Assembly: GCF_006345805.1 (NCBI RefSeq)
Contig: NC_043004.1
Coordinates: 2,294,001 to 2,358,000 of the forward strand
Source: Octopus sinensis
Lineage: Eukaryota
Direction of reading: 5' to 3'
DNA: 64,000 bases
The notes under the pieces are model-generated. The model was not told the origin of the DNA and did no database searches. It was given only the letters and a program-made list of their open reading frames with translations. The position numbers and the translations under genes are program-made. This document shows positions 1 through 12,619 of the stretch, in pieces. How positions within the stretch are numbered: position 1 is the first letter of the stretch; every line of letters starts with the position of its first letter.

Positions 1-333
1 ACATTTATACACATATATATATACATACATATATATGTTTATATATATATATATATATGTATATATAAATATATAAATATATATATATTCACAAGCCCAT
101 ACAAGCATACATACATACATACAAACGCAGTGAGAAAGAAAGGGAGAGAGAGAAAGAGAGAGAGAGAGAGTGACAGATAGTGAGCGAGAGAATGCGATTG
201 CTCTTTCAAGACGATTAGGCAATTAGATCAATAAGATGAAATCAAAGCCAACATATATTTACATACGTAAACGCTTATAGCTTTCCATACTTACACGCTT
301 ATTTAGACACACACACACATATATATATTTAGA

Positions 334-382
<49 letters not shown>

Positions 383-616
383 TGTTTGTGCGTGTGTTTC
401 TTTGTGTGTGTGGGGGGTGTAACGGAGGAGGAAGGGGGAATGGTGAAAGTGAGTTAGAGGGAATTAAACCTTTGCATTGAAATATGTGAACACTCACACA
501 CGTACGCACGTATATCGTTTATGTATATATGTGTATACACAAATACACACACGCATGGGCAATTACACATATACATACTTATATATATATATGCACATGC
601 ATATATATATACATAC

Positions 617-650
<34 letters not shown>

Positions 651-825
651 ACACATACATATATATATAAACATATATATATATATATATAGATATCTAT
701 GCACATACACATACATTCATGCATATATATAGATGCGCACACATACACACATACTGTAAGAAGCAAATACATAACTTTATATGTACAGATACATCATACA
801 TCAACCTGAACACACACACACACAC

Positions 826-870
<45 letters not shown>
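1..870. repeat. Compound microsatellite region (TA)n/(CA)n/(GA)n/(TACA)n
   Basis: Directly visible dinucleotide and tetranucleotide arrays. Confidence 0.95.
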
Positions 871-872
<2 letters not shown>

Positions 873-1231
873 CAAGTGTTTGTGTTTTATATTTTTACTT
901 ATACAGCGTCAATAAGACCTGACATTTTTCAAAATAGCTTTGTCGTGGTTTTTCTCCCACGAGTTTTTGGCTGTTGTGAAGAGGTTTATATAATGTGTTA
1001 AGGTCGATATCAAAGGAGAACATCTCATTTTTGTATGTTATTCATAGTTATAAAGTATGGATTTCGTGTTCATGTCCTGTTCACGTGCATGACACGATTG
1101 TCGTGTATTAAATCATTAATTTTCTCCACTGAGTTAATTACGCACTATATATATATATATATTATATATAATATATATATATATATGAGAGTGCATTGTA
1201 GTTCGCTTGAAGCATTGTGTATTGCTTGTAT

Positions 1232-1429
1232 AGAATAAAAAGTTTGGAATGGTACAACAATGCACTATAATACAAACAATGGGCTATATACCTGTTATAA
1301 TTTAGTCATCAATAGTCTGATGATATTTCGAAATATCATATTTGACTATGGATGACTAAATTACAACAGGTATACTGCTCAATGTCTGTATTATAGTGCA
1401 TTGTTGTACCATCCAAAATTTCTTATTCT
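1232..1429. repeat. ~200-bp near-perfect palindrome (fold-back or MITE-like element)
   Basis: Left arm agaataaaaagtttggaatggtacaacaatgcactataataca is the near reverse complement of right arm tgtattatagtgcattgttgtaccatccaaaatttcttattct; centre tgatatttcgaaatatca is a perfect palindrome; abuts (TA)n. Confidence 0.9.
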
Positions 1430-1780
1430 TTATATATATATATATATATAAATACTCACACACACGCATTGAATTGTAGTATGGTGTTGTATGTTATTGA
1501 ACAGTAGTATGGAAAGTATATTCTCGGCACAGCGAAGTCCGTCACTCTGGTTTGATTAATCTGATAGAATACCTCTTCCTTCCTTCTCTGTGGACAGAAA
1601 GCAATTGTATAAAAATAGCCATCTGGCTTTAAACCTACTTTGATTCTCTTCTCGGACAGAATCACGCTGGTTGTGGCCACAGAAATAAATAAAACTAAAA
1701 TATTTCACATAGCTCCTACATTTAAGGATTTTGCTAAATTATTTAATTCAAGTATGTAAAATATTGTTTTATTTGGTGGC

Positions 1781-2017
1781 TTACTCTTTTACTCTTTACT
1801 TGTTTCAGTCATTTGACTGTGGCCATACTGGAGCACCGGCTTTTGTCGAGCAACTCGACCCCAGGACTTATTATTTGTTAGCCTATTACTTATTCTATCG
1901 ATCTTTTTTGCCGAACAGCTAGGTTACGGGGACGTAAACACAGCAGCATCGGTTATCAAGCGATATTGGCGGGAACAAACACAGACACACAAACATATAC
2001 ACACACATACATACACG

Positions 2018-2066
<49 letters not shown>

Positions 2067-2202
2067 CAGGTTTCTTTCAGTTTCCGTCTACTAAATCCAC
2101 TCACAAGGCTTTGGTCGGCCCGAGGCTATAGTAGAAGACACTTGCCAAAGGTGCCACGCGGTAGGACTGAACCCGGAACAATGCTACTTACCACACAGCC
2201 AC
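1781..2202 (-). mobile_element. tRNA-derived SINE family B (CORE-like body, internal CA/TA microsatellite, GTAAAAGA-type tail)
   Basis: Minus strand: gtggctgtgtggtaagtagc head, gggttcagtcc B-box-like motif, gcacct-tggcaagtgtcttct body; matches copies at 27612, 43561, 49710. Confidence 0.9.
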
Positions 2203-2833
2203 ATTCAAATTAATTAAATGATCCATTAATGAATTAATTAATCACTAAAGCAAATTAGGCACTAAACTGTTTTCTTTTTCTGTTATACCTATTGTGATTT
2301 GTAAGGTGAAATGTTTACTCGCAAAGCAAATACCCTAGTGTTTTGACGAATGAAAACAAATACCATTTTCGTTTCTGTCCACGGAAATAATAATATCTAC
2401 ACCAGACCGGTTTCATATCTCATTTGATTGACATTGAGAGGCGTGTTACCTAAAATGGCAATTCGTCTTCCCTGAATTTTAAAGCAGGAGAAAATCTTTG
2501 AGGTACTGTAGCTGAATTGTGTGATGCGATATACTGGAGTTGAATATTGGTAATGATTATGGTGCTGAGATAAATGGGACGGTGTGGTGTATGGCAGGAG
2601 TGTATTTATAAGTGTCTGGATTGCTGTGATTGGGAAAAGAAGCTAAGGAGCTTCAAAGCAAATGTTCATTGAGGTATTTATGTCTTCTGAGAGAGACGAG
2701 AGCGGTTGATGAATAAGAGTGTACAAAACAGTAGTTTCGCAGCAATGTGTTTCCTAAAAGTAAGCTGACCCTTTAAATGTAAAAAATAAGGAATTTAGAT
2801 TTCAGTGACGGTATTGCGTAGTAAGGCGTATAA

Positions 2834-3070
2834 GGTGGCGTGCTGGCAGAAACGTTAGCACGCCGGGCGAAATGCTTAGCGGTATTTCGTCTGCCGTTAC
2901 CTTCTGAGTTCAAATCCCGCCGAGGTCGACTTTGCCTTTCATCCTTTCGGGGTCGATAAATTAAGTACCAGTTACGCACAGGGGTCGATGTAGTCGACTT
3001 AGTCCGTTTGTCTGTCCTTGTTTGTCCTCTCTATGTTTAACCCCTTGTGGGCAATAAAGAAATAGGTATT
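2834..3070 (+). mobile_element. tRNA-derived SINE family A
   Basis: A-box-like tggcagaaacgtt, B-box-like gagttcaaatccc, body gtcgactttgcctttcatcctttcggggtcgataaattaagtacc; more than 10 related copies in the window. Confidence 0.9.
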
Positions 3071-3134
3071 GCGTAGTAAAACTTCGGGAATTGAGCGGAT
3101 AAGATAAATCAACAAATCTGTCATTCATTTCTAG

Positions 3135-3260
3135 CAAATTAGCAGAATCGTTAGAAGCTTTAGGTGCTAATCCGACTCTCTCCGTCCTATGTTCAAATTG
3201 TGCCGAAGTTGCTATAAGTTTTAATTCTTTCGGGGTCGATAAAATAAAATTCCAGTGAAA
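3135..3260 (+). mobile_element. Degenerate SINE family A copy
   Basis: tagcagaatcgttag...gttcaaattgtgccgaag...ctttcggggtcgataaaataaa. Confidence 0.65.
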
Positions 3261-5049
3261 GGAGGAAGTATGGTAGAATTGTTATTATGTCAGACAATTT
3301 ACCTTGCGGTTCCAGTTTTGACGTTCTGTATTCATGATAACATTTAACGTAGTTCCCGCTGTTACAAGCGTTCAGTTATAGCCTCTAGTTTCAGAACTTC
3401 TCCTTTTCTTCCACCACTCTCAGAAGTCATTCTTCTTATTTTATTGTTTCTCATTACTTCGAGTGTATTTATTCAGAACCATTGGCGATGCTTTTATATA
3501 TCGATTCAACAAAAGAACGGACCAAACACTTCTTACAACAAGCTTTTTCTGTTTCTTTATTTCTTTCATTAGTTTAAACTCAATAACTTCTCATCCAAAC
3601 TACACTAATTGTTTCATATCATTCTCTACGTTACTGAAAGGAATAAATATTGTCTGCAAACTAGTCTTCACCCTTGTAGACTAGCACGAAATATTATGAT
3701 AACATTTTAGCTATACATCAACAGGATATAAGAAACTTTAGTCTACGACACGCAGAATTCTGTGTTTTACAGTATTTCATTCTGGTCTTCTCGTTCAGAA
3801 ACCAAATCTCTTCGGATTCAACTTATCTTTTCTTCTAGAAATATAAAGTAGGAAACATGCTTTTAATGAGAACTTCTGCGACTCTACCTCCCTTCCCTAC
3901 ACATATGAGGTTACTGTTTTGTCTTATGTGAAGCCAGATCGATTTAGGATCTCATATTTTCACACATTGTGCAACTTGTTCTTTCTAAGGACGGTAAAGG
4001 TTTCAGATAAATTTGGCTCTTCTTTTTAGAATGTTGAATGGCCACAGAAAATTTAGCCCATAGGATATATATTACCATATAATACATTATTAAAATATTT
4101 TACATCGTTAAAGCTTCTTTATTAGAAGAAATACACCCGGTATCTGGTAATATATTTTTAAGATACAATATTGGTGTCTATCATATTATTTTACTCAGTT
4201 CAACTTATAAATTTTGCGAGTAAATTAAGCAGTTAGAAAAGAAACATCACTGCATGGTTCTCACATCATCGCCCTGAAATTAAAATCTAAGTTCTAATTA
4301 TCATTAAGTAAAAGAAAATCGATTAATTATTTTGACCTAATTAACCAGCAATTCGATCAGTGTTGTGAAAAGAAAACAGCAAATTAGTAGAAACGATAGC
4401 AAAACGGACAACATAAACTACAGAAATAGTTACGGCTCTGTATGTTGAGAGTTCAAATCTTGCTGAAATCAACTTTGACTACTCTGCTTTTTAGATAGAT
4501 AAAATCGAAGTTAAGTTCTGGAATCCTTCTTCACTAATTCATGGACATGTACCTCTGTAATTAACCTCCACTATTATCTTTTGGAATGAACGAACGTATT
4601 GTCACATCGCGCCTAATGTAATAGATTATGACCAAAATTACAATTTTCAAATTTTAACACTTCTGTGGGGGTGGGGGGATTTCTAGATGTTAGCCTGAAA
4701 GCAGGTGATTCGGAAACATTTGAACCTCTATCCGAATAGTTAAGGTAGAAAAATCTATAAATTATTATTCATCTATTATTTTAGTTTTCTAAAAAAGAAA
4801 AAATGCCCATATTTCCTCACGATTACAAATGATTTCTTCTAAATTGGTACTAAAAATTGCTTAGAGGAATTAATCCCGGATACGCACCCTAGAAAACGAA
4901 ACAGTTTTCGATTATACGCAAACGAATTTAAAATATTACAAGAAAGAAAATTTTAAGAAAGGACAAACCAAAAGAATTAATACTGGAAAAAAAACCCACA
5001 TATGCTTTGAAGCGTAGTTTCAGCATCGTTTCCAAATATTCAATCAGAA

Positions 5050-5871
5050 ACGTATGAAACAGGCGTCAATGGGTATGTCGATAGTTTGGCAAGGTCAAGT
5101 TTCCTATCGATCTGTTCTGGAGACTTCACTAGTAAGTGAAACGCTGTTTCCCTGCCGCGTGTATTTGAAAACATTGTTTACAGAAATTGAGTCTCACAGA
5201 CTTGTATGCCAAGGTTTTCAAATTTGGGCGTTTAAAGGATCAAAGAAGCTATCCATCTTCATTAGTCAGTTTTCTGTGAAGATTTCCTTTGCTAGCTCAC
5301 CAACAATCTCAGTAGTGAGGATGTCCTTCGCAATGTCTTCAGAAGCCGGAGGTCCAGATGATAGATTGTACAACTTTCCATCATCTGGGATGTTGAAAGG
5401 GTTGTTGAAGCACTCGATAGCTGCTGCAGTGGTCCTTTCGACAAGTTTCTCGCTGGTCGCAATTTCACAAGAACGAACATCCCTATGCTGCAGTCCTTTG
5501 TCTTCCTCATCAGACATTCCCGCTAGACAAAATTTAGCCTGAAGGAATTTGGCTCGTTCTTCACCTGACTTTGTCCCTCTTTGATAGGCACTGTAGTTTG
5601 TCTGCAGACCGCCAATGCGAGCCACTTCCACTTTTAATTTTTGAATGTTTCATAAAAGTTTATTCGATTGCCTTGTCATCAGCACACCTATTTCCTGGAA
5701 CAGAGGTTCTCGCCACACTGATTGTACCTCTCTTTAAAAGATCCTCCGCAACGAGATGAGGAACGTTCAATGTTGGCAATAAACATCGAAAAGAATGTGA
5801 GGCACCGGTCATAGTTGTATCCTCCGAAGCTGAAGAAGAGGTCAGGCATAAGGCAGAGATGGAGGTATTTC
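5050..5871 (-). pseudogene. Degraded DNA-transposase fragment, Academ-like
   Basis: Frameshifted minus-strand translation: LFFSFGGYNYDRCLT..AEDLLKRGTISVART..DKAIE*TFMKH..TNYSAYQR..FNNPF..LYNLSSG..DIAKDIL..FFDP/KRPNLKT..LDLAKLSTYPLTPV; family assignment from memory of Academ-type proteins. Confidence 0.6.
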
Positions 5872-6328
5872 ACAATGTATTCTTTTGTTCTTTTATTTGT
5901 TTCAGTTATTTGGAAATCGCGGTGAGCCGGAAATGGTGCAGTAAGATGTATTACAAAAGCTCTTATCTGGCAGCTAAGATGTCGAGAGTTGTTATGTGAA
6001 GGGCAAATCGGCAGGTTCGTTTGGTTTGTCCTGAGACCAACATTGATAGGCACACACACACATACACACACACACACACACGCATATATTAGTTCTGTTC
6101 GCTCTTGTTTTGTCTACCGTCTATTGTAACTGGTGGTACACTGGTAGCATGCTTAGCTGTTTTAATCAGGGAGAATTGACACTGAAAATATCGGTTCCTG
6201 GAGACGCTAGTTCACGTAGGCCAGCATCGTGGGGCACTAGGCCTACAATCTTTTAAGTAGCTTGCAATCTAGTTCGGGTCTGGATGAGGAAGAAGTGGAA
6301 CAGACTTATGAGCAAGAAGGATTGAAAA

Positions 6329-6458
6329 CTACGTTACGAATGCATACCTCACCTACGTTACGAATGCATACCTCGCCTACGTTACAAATGCATACCTCAC
6401 CTACGTTACGAATGCATACCTCACCTACGTTACGAATGAATGCCTCACCTACGTTACC
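6329..6458. repeat. 24-bp minisatellite, ~5.4 copies
   Basis: Unit ctacgttacgaatgcatacctcac in tandem, no spacers. Confidence 0.95.
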
Positions 6459-6852
6459 GATGAGATTGAAGTGGCTCTTCTTTAGCTTCTTGTGGAAAGG
6501 AAGCGTTCATCTAGTTAGATATTTCATTTGAAGAACAATTATTATGGAAACTTTCGTCAAGCGAAGACAAATATTGAGCGCCTGGCACCGAAGGAAGTTC
6601 CCTCAGAAGCGCACAGCTATAAATCAGTTGGGTAATGTGCCCTCAGTATATAAATATTTGCATTCTGTTATGTATTTGTAGGGAGCTAGAGTGTCGGCAA
6701 ATGTTAGGGAGAGTCAGTGCAATGGGAGCTCATCTGAAAAACTTATTACGAAGCCCACTTAACGCAGGGAATATGGACAACTTTCAGAATTCTTTGGCCC
6801 CTCGATTCTACCGGATGCTTCACGGGATAATCAGAATAGAAATGACTGATAT

Positions 6853-7237
6853 TTGGTTCAGCCCCCTCAGCGTGACACCTTGGGCAAGTGTCTTCTGTTA
6901 TAGCCTCGGGCCGGCCAAAGTCTTGCGAGCGGATTTGGTAGACACAAACTGAAAGAAGTTCGTCGTATATATGTGTGTGTATGTGTGTGCGAGTGTGTGC
7001 GTGTGTGTGTGTACCCGTGTGTGTGTTTGTGTGTATGCGTGTGTGTATATGTTTTTCCTTTACCACCGCTTAACAACTGGTGTTCGTGTATAACTTAGTT
7101 GGGCGAAAACAGATAAAATAAGCACCAGGCTTCAAAAATGTAAGTTCCGGCATCAGTTCATTCGATTAAGAATTCTTCAAGGCTGTGCCCCAGCATGGCC
7201 GCAGTCTAATAACTGAAGCAGTTAAAAAATAAAAGAT
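6853..7237 (+). mobile_element. SINE family B, 5'-truncated
   Basis: accttgggcaagtgtcttctgttatagcctcggg...(TG)n...gccccagcatggccgcagtc tail. Confidence 0.85.
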
Positions 7238-8471
7238 GAGTTTATTACTGTTTTAAATATACGACTGGATTTCTTTGTTTTTGTTATAATTATGACAGCA
7301 TTTATGCTTATTAAAAAAAAGTATTCGTTAAAGGAGGCAAACAGATAAACAGGATTATTCAAATATGGTGAACCACTGTTACTAGCCATATCTCACTTCG
7401 AGTTCAGTTAATAACTACCACTAATTGATGATTTCATTTACTGGTTTGACAATCCGAAATCTAACGATTAGAAATCGGTGAAGGGTTTAAAGGCAGCAAT
7501 GTCTATTTTGGTCAAATATTCCTTCAAATCATTCGATGGTTATATCGGTCTCTGTGATGACTGTATGTTTCTCAATTTTTCCTCTCAGCTTGTCAAAAGC
7601 CAGAATAAATATCATTCGGTTACCGCATGCCATTTATGTATCATATTTCTAATTTAGAACTGATTTTAATTGACCCCAAGAAACTATTTCTCATTTTTCA
7701 CAGCTGAAGTTTATTTAATATTAAGTTTAGTTTTATAATTAGTTGTTGGTAGTCATGGCGAATTTAGTAGTGAAACTGGCCACGTCAACACTGGAATATT
7801 TTAATTTTAGAGTAATTTAAAATCAAGTTCATTTGAGATGGAGTGGGGCAGGAGATCTAACAGTGCTACATCCATGTGTCAATTTGAAGTGTCACTTTTG
7901 ACAGCTCCGATTGCAGTACAAAGAGAGAGCAGTACAAGTTAAAAGAGCTCACCATTCATGACACACGACTACTAAATGTCTGAGAAATGTGAGCTGATGT
8001 CAAATTATCTTAAAATGAGAAAAATTATATAAAAGTCATTAGTTAAATCTAGAAAATAGAAATAGCAAAGCATTGTCTTTGAATCATTCAAAATAAATTT
8101 ACTTGATTCGGCTTCCACGGAACTTTGGCCTTTAAAGGTTTCCAGTTTAGGTTATTTGACAAATAATTCAAATTGAATTTTCTTTATGAGATATCATTAG
8201 ATACAGCTTTTATTTTTTTTTCGAAAATTATTTAGTTTATTGAGTTTACAATCATGGAAATAGTACATTTTTATCATGATGGTCATATTCGGGGTGGGAA
8301 TAAATGTATTAAATGTTTAAACAACTTAGGAATGAAATGTCTTCTTTGAATAAGAGGCACAGATTTAGCCTACACATATATAATAATAGGTAGTTCAATG
8401 TCCACCTTAAACGTATGAAATTTAAAATATCAATATTTCAGAAACACACACACACATCCACATCCACACTC

Positions 8472-8525
<54 letters not shown>

Positions 8526-8544
8526 ACACACATACACACATAAA

Positions 8545-8657
8545 TACGACGGTCTTCTTTCAATTTCCGTCTACCAAATCCGCTCACAAGGCTTTGGTCG
8601 TCCCGAGGCTATAACAGAAGACGATTGCTCAATGTGTCACGCCGTGGGCCTGAACCA
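8545..8657 (-). mobile_element. SINE family B fragment
   Basis: Reverse complement of the body of the 6853 copy. Confidence 0.8.
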
Positions 8658-8761
8658 AATATCAGGCAGGTCAGTCTCAAGTCATTTCTATTCTGATTAA
8701 ACAATTCTGCCATATAAATATAAATTTCGTTTCATTATCTATGCACGGGTACATTACATAT

Positions 8762-8809
<48 letters not shown>

Positions 8810-8917
8810 TCAGACAGAGAGATAGATAAATAGATAGATAGACAGATAGATAGGTAACTGTGTATAGATAATGAAATGAAATTTATATTTATGTGCCAGA
8901 ATTGTCTAAAATTTATT

Positions 8918-8997
8918 TCTGTGAACCATAGCCCATTCTGTGTACCATATCCCATTCTGTGTACCATATCCCATTCTGTGTACCACAGCCCATTCTA
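8918..8997. repeat. 19-bp minisatellite, ~4 copies
   Basis: Unit cccattctgtgtaccatat. Confidence 0.9.
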
Positions 8998-8999
8998 GT

Positions 9000-9905
9000 A
9001 GCGAGATATTGTTGCAGAGATATGCTTGTGCTCGTGCCAAGAAGATTCAACAACTCACTTTGGACTTTAATAGCCACATGAACACTATTCATTATATTAC
9101 CGTAGAAAAAATTTTCCATTCCGACCACGATATGTATTTTGATATTCCTACATCTAAAAGTGATTCAGAACGATCTCGCATCAGCATACCCTTTTGATCA
9201 TATGGATCAACAGAACTGTAACAGGACGGCAATCACCCACGGCCCTACGCTCGTTGCTTGTCTTTTTACTCACTCTCTCAAGCAGTGTAAATACATTCTG
9301 GCAATTATTTGTGGGCATTGTCACAAATATATATTCCCATCACATTCCACTATGGTCCATGAGCAAATTCAGGCTAATATATCGTCAGCTGCAATGCCCG
9401 CACTTGACAGATATAGCTTTACTGGAATCAAAGAAACATTATCTTCAAAACTGCGTGAAGACTACCATCGATAGCCAAAGAACAGTAGACGAAATGTTGG
9501 CCATTGAGAAAATAAACGTCAATACCAAAGTGTTTGTCTCATTCGTGAAAAGGCATAAGGTCACCGTATCATCTGTTGGACCATTGATAGATGAAGATAA
9601 CACATGCAGAAAAGACTGAGTTTCTGAAGAACCAATACTGCCCCACTTTCAGTAATCACATGGTTAATCTTGTCAGCATAGGTGAAACAAACCACAAGGG
9701 CGTCCTAACCTATATGTCATATGGCGCCTCGGATATCATACCAACTATTAAAAATAAATACAAAAACTTCGCTGAAGACCCTGACAGCTAGTGTCCTATA
9801 AGGGTGCCGTCATCAATGCGTATTATATTTAACTATTCTCTGGAGGAATTCACTGCACGCCAGCCATATCCTCCAAAATATATTCTAATTACAAGTCAGA
9901 TTTAG
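9000..9905 (+). mobile_element. Degraded CR1/L2-like LINE ORF2 fragment (endonuclease end to pre-RT region)
   Basis: Frameshifted peptides: VEKIFHSDH (APE SDH motif), EMLAIEKINVNTKVFVSFVKR..SSVGPLIDE, EFLKNQYCPTFS, DIIPTIK..AEDPD. Confidence 0.6.
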
Positions 9906-9934
9906 TTTTTGAAGTTACAAGTTTAATATATATA

Positions 9935-10017
<83 letters not shown>

Positions 10018-10044
10018 CCATATATATATAGATACACACATATA

Positions 10045-10343
10045 TCTTTATATATAAAAGTAAAGTTGTGTGTCTGTCTCCTACGATTTAGATTCCTAAC
10101 TACTCCCACATTTTGCGGTGCAGTTTAACCAAAAGCGGGTATCTTATAGTCGTGATTCATATCGAGCCCTTCTGGGTATTAGCGTGCGTCTACGATGAGT
10201 CTACGATTTTTAAAAAAAATTACCATAATTTTTTCCCATTTTTAATGCATTCTTTTGCTATTATATAAGGGAAGTAACTCTCTAAAAATGCTTATATAGT
10301 TATTTCCCTTAAAACCCTGAGCAACGCCGGGCGATACTGCTAG
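10045..10343 (+). mobile_element. Non-autonomous Helitron
   Basis: 5' TC, 3' CTAG, subterminal hairpin cc(t)gagcaacgccggg, inserted between A and T without TSD; near-identical to 58874 and 59738 copies. Confidence 0.88.
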
Positions 10344-10414
<71 letters not shown>

Positions 10415-11589
10415 ATATATACAAGTAGAAAGATATATTCTTCAACGCGTAAGTACTGATAGAACAGCATATATAGAATAAAATCCTTACAGAGCAGAAA
10501 AATCCCTCAGCAACCAGCCATGGCTATTGCATATTTCGACTTCCCATTCTATAGTTTACGTCCGTCCTTTAAGAAAGGATTCGACTGTTTTACAAATTTA
10601 TGCTTAAGTTTCGCCGAAGCTTATTTTTTACTCATTTTTACCCTTTTCGTTTTCATATATACAACTTCCTCATTTTAATATTCTATATACCAAACAGTTT
10701 TTATAAAATGTTTGTATGCGTATATACGTTATGGTCTATATAGTTATCGTGATGTAAAGACATGTCTATGTGTGTGTGTGTGTGAGTATGTTTACGTATA
10801 TATTTATTTCTATATTTGTATGCGTGTCTATATGCGTGTGCATTTGTATGTTTGTCTTTATGTAGATATACATGTCGTTTTATATGTGTGCGTTTGGAAG
10901 CTGAGCGAAGTATCTAACATTCGTTAGATACTTTTTAGGAAGGTCAACTTCCAAATCATCTTTCTACCTCTATCAATTTTTCTCTTTCTCTTTCTAATTT
11001 TCTACTTCTATTTCTTTTTCTTCCTTTTCCTTTTTCTTTCTCCCACCACTTGTTATTCTCTTATTTTCTTTTCGTTTTCTTTCTTGCTCCTGCAACAACT
11101 AAGTTGTATAGCCATAGACCACAAGATATTATGCGCGTGCGTCTGTGTGCGTGTATACATATATACACATTTGTATATATTTATGTTTTACCTATATTTG
11201 TCTGTATGTGTATGTAGCCATGTACCTACGCCTGTGTTTAGTGTATATATGTATATATAGGTTGTTTATTGCTAAATGTATATGTATTTTAGCGTGAAAC
11301 TTTTTTAAAACGGATATATCTTATAATTGACTTAGATTTATTATTATTTTTACCACTAATTATTTACCCTGGGTATTTAGGACTTTTTCCTTCTACGTGA
11401 ACTATTTTTGATTTAAGGGTTTCTTCGATTTTATGATTTTAAACTGCAATTGTAATTTTGTGCAACCGGTTATTGAAAAGACCTTTAAATGAAAGGACCA
11501 ATGAAACAACAACCATTTTCAAATGTTTATCTATCAAAGTAGTTGCATATAACATTATTTTGTTCTGTTCGAAACAAAAGTGTCCAACG

Positions 11590-12600
11590 AACGGGAACGT
11601 GAAACTGAGTTTTTGTGATATTTTTGCTGTTTTCTAATAAAGTTGATGACACTGCAGATTCCATTGAACCTAGCACCATAAAAATATTTGCAGGTGACTC
11701 TAAGCTCCAGAAAGTCATTAAGGGAACATATGATCGAATGATGTTTCAATCGGACCTATGCGCAGTAACCCTGTGGGCACAAAAAAATAAAACAATATGA
11801 AGTTGAACGAAGAAACGTTTGAGCTAATCCACTTTGGAAGAGAGGGCACACTAAAACAACCATGTACACTACTGTCAGGTGACCTACTTGAACCGTCGAT
11901 AATATCAGAGATTTAGGCGTAACTGTCGACAGCAACCTTAGTTGGAGTGTACACATCAAGAAGAAAGTCAATGTTGCCCGCAGAATGTGTTCATGGATCC
12001 TCAGAACTTTCCAATCTAGGGATCATGAAATTATCATCCTTCTCTTCTCCACATTACCTAGGTCCCACCGCAAATACTGCATCCCACTGTGGTCCACTAC
12101 AACAAAAACAAAACAAGATATAATGATAATCGAAGCGCCACAATGATCAATCACACACAAAAAAAAATAAATGGTATGATGGGGCTTGATTATAGGGCTC
12201 GACTTAAACAGGTGAAGCTCTATTCTCGGCAACTCCGCTGTGAGTGATACATTATTTGCACCTTGTAGAAAATATTCCACCAATATTATCCAAATGATAT
12301 TGGTATTACGTTTACAATTCATCCAAAACTAGGCCTCCGTGCATTGAGCCCCCTACAAAGATCGAGATCATATCACATAAGAACATTGCGACGCAATTTC
12401 TTCACTGCAAATGGTCCTGCACTTTTCAATGTTATCCCAAAAGAAATTAAAGTAGAAAAAGACCCCACAACTTTCAAACGGTACCTGGACAAATTCATCC
12501 AGGAAATACTGGATAAACAACAACTCTCTGCTCGAGTGGTCCATGGTTTCTCGAAATAATTAACTAAATGTCATGGCCTGGGCGGAACTTGAGGCAATCC
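11590..12600 (+). mobile_element. CR1/L2-like LINE, RT C-terminal half and 3' end (degraded)
   Basis: STIKIFAGDSKL (FADD variant), FQSDL..WAQKN, RDLGVTVDSNLSW, WILRTF, GPALFNVIPKEI..FKRYLDKF. Confidence 0.85.
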
Positions 12601-12619
12601 AGCGTCACGACAGTAAGAA

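Noticed and set aside
1315-1350. Hammerhead at the palindrome apex (ctgatga..gaaa)
   Set aside because: No stem II between the boxes; not called as a ribozyme
2205-2250. TAAT-rich homeodomain-site clusters (also 4290-4350)
   Set aside because: Expected at this AT content; no conservation data
5054-5542. 162-aa plus-strand ORF
   Set aside because: Antisense shadow of the minus-strand transposase relic
6329-6458. CRISPR-like short repeats (also 8918-8997 and 45650-45750)
   Set aside because: Head-to-tail units with no unique spacers; eukaryotic context
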